Made by a program: the position numbers and the translations under genes. 55,518 nucleotides of DNA from Tolypothrix carrinoi HA7290-LM1. GTDB lineage: Bacteria; Cyanobacteriota; Cyanobacteriia; Cyanobacteriales; Nostocaceae. How positions within the stretch are numbered: position 1 is the stretch's first letter; each line of letters starts with the position of its first letter. The notes under the pieces are model-generated. The model was not told where the DNA came from. It saw only the letters and a list, made by a program, of their open reading frames with translations, and did no database searches. The stretch is taken from NCBI GenBank assembly GCA_019358935.1, contig JAHHIK010000055.1:1-55518 (forward strand), read 5' to 3'. Positions 48,770 through 55,518 of the stretch are shown here, piece by piece.

Positions 48770-49408
48770 GGAAACGAGCGCGGCTTTAGCCCTTCCTAGG
48801 GAAGCGACAACATCGCTATTTTAACTGCCGTGGTATTTGTATTATCCGTGATGTGGGTCATCAATGTAGCGTCTGATAGCTTCACTGCTGACGTTACCTG
48901 CGGTACTAACAAAATAGCTATTAGTCCATAAAGAAGGTAATTTTAGTAAAGACGGAAACTCTTTTCTAAGGTAATAACTAGAACGACCTTTAAAGGCTTT
49001 GACTACAAGGTGCGGGGTATCTGTAGGTTTAACGCTAACAAATAAATGTATATGGTCTGGGGCTACTTCTAACGCTAGGATATCCCAACCTTTTTCTATG
49101 GCTAACTCTAAAAAAATTTGACGTGTTCTTGTTGCTATCTCCCCCACTAAAACTTTTTTTCTACGCTTTGGAATCCATACAAAATGGTAATTAACCAAGA
49201 ATTTAACATGGTTGTGGGTTTTGTAATCTTCTTGGGTTAGCATAATCTTTTTGTTGTTTTCTCCCTACCTATTGACACTCCTAGTGTAGTCGATTAGTAT
49301 GGGGAAGTCAACAAAATTTTGGCAGGTCGAACCAGTGGCTAAAACCAAGAAAACAATGCGGCACGTTTGGTGGTGGAAGCTCCCAGGTGAAAGCTGCCTT
49401 GGGAGTTC
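48770..49408 (-). mobile_element. IS200/IS605-family element with tnpA only
   Basis: tnpA plus hairpin CTCCCAGG...CCTTGGGAG at 49380-49405, where the neighbouring gene breaks off; left boundary approximate. Confidence 0.6.
48842..49243 (-). CDS. tnpA: IS200/IS605 Y1 (HUH) transposase
   Basis: YHFVWIPKRRKKVL, HUH motif PDHIHLFV, LWTNSYFVST, catalytic Tyr in IRRYI; 133 aa and open. Confidence 0.93.
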   Translation of the reverse strand: MLTQEDYKTHNHVKFLVNYHFVWIPKRRKKVLVGEIATRTRQIFLELAIEKGWDILALEVAPDHIHLFVSVKPTDTPHLVVKAFKGRSSYYLRKEFPSLLKLPSLWTNSYFVSTAGNVSSEAIRRYIDDPHHG

Positions 49409-50092
49409 GGAATTGTAATAATGCCAACAAATAACTTGATGTGGATGATAAATATCCCATCCCCTTGTCCATGCTCTCACAGAAGTTAAAAATTCTTCGC
49501 CGAAAAAATAAATGTTAGGATCGGAAGGTACTTCGCGGATAATAGATGATAAAGCAAAATTAAATCCACCAGCAATAAAAGCACCAACTTGAGGACAAGA
49601 ATATCGGCTTAAATCCTCACCACTACCTTTAAAAGTTACAATACCTGATTTGCGAAATTGGTCAAACTTGATTCCAGTAATAAGATTATTTAATATTGTC
49701 CTAGGAAAAGCGTAACTAGGCGGATAAGCACTTAAAATAGGTTTTTCGCTTGGGCATAGATTTAGCATATTAATTAATAAAATATCCCATTGTTTGATAA
49801 AACGCATATGAGAATCAATTTGTAGAGTATATTTTTCCCCTTGCCATAATTTTTGAACTTCAGATCGTGCCCAACCAACTCCTTGAGATTTCGAAGCTAA
49901 AATACTTTTGATCCGACAGTTTTTGATATTTTTAAGAGTATCAATATAACGTAGTTCTGACTATGATTGATATTGCCAACAAATACCAAAACTCAAAAAT
50001 TCAGGAGAATGTGCCTGTTCTATAGCATCTTTTCTAGTAGGAATAAGTTCTATGTCTAGGTAAAAAGCAATTTGAACAAAAATTGTGTTCAT
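49409..50092 (-). pseudogene. GlcNAc-transferase family (Skp1 hydroxyproline GlcNAc-transferase-like) pseudogene
   Basis: ATG at 50092 (MNTIFVQIA), in-frame TAG at codon 44 (49961-49963), then GVGWARS, LQIDSHMRF, ILSAYP, FFGEEF, RAWTRGWDIYHP...WHYY. 3' end replaced by IS sequence. Confidence 0.72.
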
Positions 50093-51059
50093 CTCTATTA
50101 ATTTAATCCCCAGAGCGTTTGTTTGTTTCCGGGAGTAGTTGACCTAAATACCCACCCACACCAACTGAGCGCTAAGTCCCCAAAGGTTGGGGAAAGTTAT
50201 GGTCTGCGATCGCCAACGCAAAGGCACCAATTACCAGAATAATTACTCCTTACGGATCTAACAGTAATCGGGAAACGCATCTTAACTTTCATCTGACTTT
50301 GGCTTGTACTTTAATTCAGCTTTCAGTTCATTGATTTCCCCAAGAAGCCGCTGCCGATTTCTGGTCAATTTTCTCTTCACTCTTCGTGTATTAAATAATC
50401 AATTTGTTCAAAGCGTTCGGCATAAGCCGCCATGTGGATACCAAAACTAAGCTCGTTTTCAGCAATCCGATTAATCAGCTTAGTTTGAAATTTTCAATTG
50501 CATCATAAATTGCAGCCTTTACTCGAAATACCAGGGTAAGCAACCGCGATCAACACCGCAACTCCCAAACAGGATATCAAGATTATTTTTCACGCTATTA
50601 ACCCGTCCCAAATAAGAAATTAAGACCAACAGAGAGCGTTGTTGGCACTAAGAAGCGTTAAATTTCCGTTTGCCACAATTTGTAATTGATAGGTAATGGG
50701 TCTTCTGGTCCTCCATCCACCAGGTTGAGCGCTGCTTTTGTAAAAAATCCTACGCTCTCTTTAGATGCTTGCACTTTATATTTTTTCGCTGTGTCTCCCG
50801 CAGCGATCGCCATTGGCTTATAGAAAGTAAGCTACTTTAGGAAGTTTTCTAGGAGATCCGCCTTCTTCCCGGCCTGGCTTTTTATACTCTGCTTTGTTCC
50901 TGGCGTATAGCAACTCTCTTTCAAGCTGTGCAATGCTTTTGTGTCTTCCCATATTTCGTTTGATTAAAATGCTGTTTTCACAGTTGTAGCAAGCGTTTTG
51001 GGTCTTTATTTCCAGCCGGACAACTATACTTATCCAGTAAATATTTCATGAAGTTCAAA

Positions 51060-51605
51060 CTAAACCCGCTCTATCACGCTTCTAAGCCGACTTCCACTGG
51101 TTGCTACCAGGTTTACTGGATTTAGTTGACCTTGGATCAATAGCTGGGCATATCGAAACTTGACATCAGCGCGGCGTCGTTTGATAGGCTTTTTTACTGT
51201 TCTCCCATAAACTCGGTGGGTTCCGGGGTTTACGGGATATAAGCGGTCATGTTCAACAAATTGAAAATAATCGCGGTTGAAAGAGTGTGATTGAATTTCC
51301 AATACGTTCTTAATTACTCTTTCAGCTTCAGTTTTACTTTTAACTAATAACCGTAAATCGTAACCTTTTTCTGCATCAAAATAAGTGGATTTGTACCAGC
51401 CTTTTTCCCAAGTAAATGGGGGAGTGGCGAATACTGATTTAATCTTTGTGGCTAAAGTTTCGGCGTTAGCTCTACTAATAGTTTCACTAGTTTCATGCAT
51501 TAGTCTAAAGGTAATTTCGCCTTCTAGCTGTGGTATTTTTTGTTGACCGTGAGTTTCGTCATCATATTTCTCTAAAAAATATAATTTAATTTGTGCTCGA
51601 AATTT
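51060..51605 (-). pseudogene. 5'-truncated hypothetical gene, possibly phage/plasmid-derived
   Basis: Frame stays open upstream of the track's Met (KFRAQIKLYFLEKY...GEITFRLMHETSETIS) up to the repeat/IS4 junction; function unknown. Confidence 0.45.
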
Positions 51606-51666
51606 CCAATCAGCTTGTACTTCGGAAACGGGAATCCCATAAACTGGACCTGAGGGCGACGTCTTC

Positions 51667-51790
51667 CCAAGACTTATGGGGACAGGCTTCTCGATTCGGG
51701 GAGACGCGTTGCGCGTTCATCACGCTTGAGTGTCGTGGGAAATTGCGGATCTCCAATACAAGCCTGTCCCCATAAGGCGAAGGGTTATTG
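51667..51790. repeat. Structured repeat with 17-bp perfect inverted repeat
   Basis: CTTATGGGGACAGGCTT (51673-51689) / AAGCCTGTCCCCATAAG (51760-51776). Confidence 0.7.
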
Positions 51791-53060
51791 CAGGGGGGTG
51801 ACATGAAAGCTAGAATGTAGATAAGATAAGCTTCATAGCTCTCTGACCTTGTAAATAGTACTCCAGCTTATTAGGACTTAATCTCATTAACTCTAAGATT
51901 AACCCCCAACAAGAATCTATAAAATTAACCGATGCTTGTCCATATAAGCCGATGTAAAAACTACTATGTCAACTCTTAGCACGCCCATATTCCTTAATCC
52001 GACCAACATATTTCTGCACACCTTTAGTCTTAATCTTTTGCCCTTTAAAAGTAGCTGAACTGTAGGCGATAGTTATCAATAAAATTAGAGAAATTAATCG
52101 TTCATCCCGAACATTACTAACTTCCATGTTGTAGCCGCCACTCTGAAAATCTCTAAACATTTCTTCAATGTCAAATCTTTTTTTGTAGCTGGCGAACGCT
52201 GATTTTAAATCTCCTAGATTTGTCAGGATAAACCATCCTTCTTTATGTGCTATTCTTCCATTTTTACGTTTCCATTTTCCAGCTAGATTAAAACCCCCAA
52301 TTTTTTGGGTCTTAGTCACCTTTATCCCTTCGATAAACAAAGAAACCCCAGGCTGTAATCCTAAATCATTTAATTCTTTCCAAACGCCATCTTCTATTTC
52401 AATAAATTCATTCTTTTTTCATCTCAAACAAAACATTAATTCTTCGTCCCTAAGCCAGTTAGCTAATTTTACCCTTGCAAAATTCTCGGTCTCCCAAGAC
52501 AATTGTTTTATATCCTTTAAACAAGGGTAATATTTGATAAATAAATTTTATTTGTTCGCAAAGATTACTGCTTCCTAATTTGGGGAGAAATTCCAAGTAT
52601 ATAGGAATAGCTCTTTGGTCATAAATTATGCTAATCATAATTAAATTTTTCCGTTCCCAAATAGTTCTATCAATTACTAAGTAAATAGGTTGATTCGCTG
52701 TCCAATTTTCAGCTAGCCAGTCTTTAAGCATTGGGAACCAAAGTGTTTTGATGTTGAGGTTCGGTAATGATAAAAATCTTTGTACTTTTTTACGTCTACT
52801 CTCAAATAAAATTGGTATTGGTATAGAATTAGGCAATTTTCTCTAAACTTATTTCTCTTATATCTTGCAAGATTTTAATCAAAATATTGAAAAACAAAAA
52901 TTCTGATGGTTCTAGTTTCTTTTCTAAGTGTGTCTGGTACAATGGTGGTAACATTTTCAATCTTATTGGTCTTATTGACAATTCCGACCTATCTTTTTCT
53001 ACTATAATTCCGTCAACTTTATACATAGTAAGCATTACGGGGTGCTTGTCACCCCGTCAG
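51791..53060 (-). mobile_element. IS4-family element with frameshifted transposase
   Basis: Three ORF pieces (52829-53035, 52459-52836, 51969-52340) carrying IDRT, GDREF and YKKRFDIEEMFRDF (YREK-type); inverted ends GGGGTGACA near 51795 and TGTCACCCCGTCAG at 53047-53060. Confidence 0.82.
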
Positions 53061-53243
53061 GGATGCAATAGCAGACGATTTTTATCAAGATCAACGCGAT
53101 CGCTGGATAGATGGAGTAAGATTTAATGCCTAAAAACTTTACTAAACTTATTCATAGTTAATTCTTACAAAGAAGTTAGTAGAAGGTTTTGCATATCCTA
53201 AGTGATATATAATTATCTAGAGCTAGACTTTTAAGAGTAGAAA

Positions 53244-54562
53244 ATGTACGCTATTAAACGAGAGCTAAAATTGAATAATAAAGAAGTTAGTCTCTTGCGC
53301 GGCATATCTGGTTTTAAACGTTTTGTCTATAATTACGGGCTATCTCTTCTCATATATTCTTGGGACTTTGAAAACGTCAAAGCGACTGATTCCAAACGGA
53401 TAGATGCCATCAAAAAGGTTTTTACTCAGGTAACAATGCAGAAACCGGAAAATACATGGATGAAAAAATATCCATCAACGGTTTATCAATCTGCTTTTAT
53501 CGATCCAAAATCAGCATTTTCGCTCTGGGCGTAGAAATGAAGCAGGCTTTCCGGTTAAGAAAAGAAAACGGAAAGGCGATTCCTTCACCGTTTATAAGAC
53601 ATCTGGCATCTATCCAGAAAAAGGCAATCCAGCGCTGCCTTTCACTAATAGAGTTGTTATAAATGAAAAAACGCGAATCACTTTACCAGGATTAAAAACC
53701 TTTAGATTAAAAGAACCTATCAACTACACATGCAGTTCTCAAACATTTACAGTGTCTCGAACTGCAAAGAAATGGTTCGTATCTTTTGCTAATAACGCTG
53801 AGAAATTACCTCCACTAATCCATCCTGTTGAAAAAATTGGAGTTGACCGAGCGTGTAAAATCCTTGGCGACTTGTTCCGACGATTCTCAATATTCTATGC
53901 TGGGTTCTCAGTTAGATGCCGAGAAGTCGGCGGGGCGTCCGGTTCGATTAGTGCGATCGCGTATAGAGCGCCAAAACCGCGAAGTTACTATTTAAGGAGT
54001 TAGTCAAAACGATTTGAAAGAGAGTGAAGGTTTTAAGGCTAACGCCAATATGGGTAGGCTGAATAACCAGAAGTTTGTTCAAATGCCTTTGGGTAAGCTA
54101 AAAGACCGATTAAAACAGCTTTGCGATTTACATGGCATCAAGTTTCAAGAAACCGAAGAATCTTACACCTCAAAAGCAAGCTATCAAGTGGTTTCTCCCT
54201 ACCCAAATACGGCGAAAAACCAGAAGGGGAGCAAGCGCGTTGCGTATTTTCCACATATACGCTTATGTTCCTCCGCTTCCCCCAAAACGTGCCGAGAAAG
54301 TTGTAGCGACTTGCGTTGGAAAGCCTTTACTGAAAGCGGATTGAGCGTGGTTTGTATCGGTCTGCTAATGGCTCAGTTGTTAATGCAGACCTTAATGGGG
54401 CTGCAAATATTCGTAAGAATTGTAGCCAGCTTTTCTTCGCTTAGACCTAGGCTTACTGGGTAGACGGTCTTTGACAACCGTAGCGAGAGTTAGGCTTTGG
54501 GTGCTACCTAAGTGTACTCCGTCCGCAGAATCGAGTGTGTCAGCGCGACCTGAGAGTGTCAA
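53244..54562 (+). pseudogene. tnpB: Fragmented TnpB (IS200/IS605 OrfB) relic(s) with a putative right end
   Basis: MYAIKRELKLNNKE...RFVYNYGL; KWFVSF...KIGVD; NQKFVQMPLGKLK...EESYTSKAS; NADLNGAANI; ends GTGTCAA at 54562; many stops and frameshifts. Confidence 0.8.
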
Positions 54563-54589
54563 TCATACAATAAAATTGAGGTTGTTGTT

Positions 54590-54989
54590 GTGATATGTAA
54601 AAATGGCAAGACCGAAGAAGCTAGCAGAAGACTCGATTCGAGCAACATTCCTGATCGGCCAGAAGGATTGGGAAAACTTCAAGATTCAAGCTCATTCAAT
54701 GGGGCTGAACAGGTCGGACTTGATCAGGTTAATAGCTCAGGGCAAGATTTCCTTGGGACAACAAACCAATACGGAGACACTCCTGCTGGGAAAATCGTAG
54801 AGCGCCTCAAGCTTATTAAGCAGAAACATTTGTCGTATGTTAAAGTGCATCAGCAGAGGTTGGAGGCTCGGCTTGACGAAAGTAGGGAAGAAGAGGAAAG
54901 TTTCTTTGAAAGCCATTCAAGAACTTGAACAAGAAATTTACGACCTAGTTTCGAGCCAGGGAACATCTAATACAGAACAAATCGAATAA
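54590..54989 (+). pseudogene. Overlapping coiled-coil hypothetical gene, apparently frameshifted near 54905
   Basis: GKIVERLKLIKQKHLSYVKVHQQRLEARLDESREEEESFF continues in another frame as KAIQELEQEIYDLVSSQ...; true start unclear. Confidence 0.4.
54603..54800 (+). CDS. Small ribbon-helix-helix (CopG-like) DNA-binding protein
   Basis: MARPKK...RATFLIGQKDWENFKIQAHSMGLNRSDLIRLIA fits the strand-helix-G-x-x-RS-helix pattern. Confidence 0.55.
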   Translation: MARPKKLAEDSIRATFLIGQKDWENFKIQAHSMGLNRSDLIRLIAQGKISLGQQTNTETLLLGKS

Positions 54990-55023
54990 AGCCGTCCCCT
55001 TCTCGCGGTAGGGACGGCTTTTT
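54988..55023 (+). terminator. Rho-independent terminator
   Basis: AAAGCCGTCCC-N12-GGGACGGCTTTTT. Confidence 0.75.
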
Positions 55024-55298
55024 GATGGGTGCTTTTCGTAGTGCGATAGGTGCGATCTAAGATGGATCGAGCGATCGCACTCCGCAGGAAAAGGGACTAC
55101 TTCTAGTCTATACCCTAACCGCCTTGGCGGTTGCTATAAGTAAAATTGCCTCACTTTTAGAACAAATTGATCGCGTGTTAAGCGTGCTTGACGCGCTTTT
55201 ATTCTTAAAACAGTTAGTTCAAGAAATACAATCAGGTCAGCTTTGAAATAGCTGAAGATGCCAATAATTGATGACGAGGAAAACCTTGCCGCTAGCAA

Positions 55299-55518
55299 TA
55301 AGCTGCTCCACATTTAACTTGCAATAACAGCGTTACCTCGATTCTTAATCTTTCTCTGCCATTTGATAATTAATTCTTCCTGGTTTAACACCCTATTTAA
55401 TAATGCTTCAAGCTCGGAAACCGACTTAAATAATCGATGAGCTATATATTCCTTTGCTGAATGCCATACAAGTTCAATTAAGTTATAATCAGGACTATAA
55501 GCAGGTAAAAAATATAAT
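55299..55518 (-). mobile_element. IS630-family transposase 3' end, cut by window edge
   Basis: LYFLPAYSPDYNLIELVWHSAKEYIAHRLFKSVSELE...AVIAS*, stop at 55314-55316; probable end at TA 55299. Confidence 0.85.

Larger units (their letters stand above)
3714..55078. repeat. Dispersed HIP1 octamers (GCGATCGC)
   Basis: Many copies, e.g. near 3714, 5492, 6897, 9530, 10129, 24291, 31024, 41904, 47668, 55071; not counted exactly. Confidence 0.9.

Noticed and set aside
53244..54562. Functional TnpB/Cas12-like nuclease
   Set aside because: Multiple stops and frameshifts; no continuous RuvC and no CRISPR array.

Overview
Cyanobacterial DNA, probably a heterocystous Nostocales strain (many HIP1 GCGATCGC sites, heptamer STRR-like repeats). 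Bases 1-41830 hold the first 41.8 kb of a tightly coupled minus-strand hybrid PKS-NRPS lipopeptide cluster that I cannot match to a characterised pathway. Gene order: FAAL, membrane desaturase, ACP, mycolic-acid-cyclopropane-synthase-like SAM methyltransferase, then a PKS module whose dehydratase is split over two genes with a luciferase-like monooxygenase (LLM) between the halves, a fully reducing PKS, an NRPS (Gly with embedded LLM, Gly, Gly), two KS-AT-KR-ACP modules, and a second NRPS (Gly, next module cut by the window edge). Beside the cluster's upstream region are two small double-glycine-leader peptide genes, one divergent and preceded by a triple palindromic repeat. The remaining ~10 kb has a LysR/YcaC-like pair and decayed mobile DNA (IS1634, IS200/IS605 tnpA, IS4, TnpB, IS630 relics, MITE-like repeats, a GlcNAc-transferase pseudogene). 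All calls come from reading motifs by eye; no searches were run.
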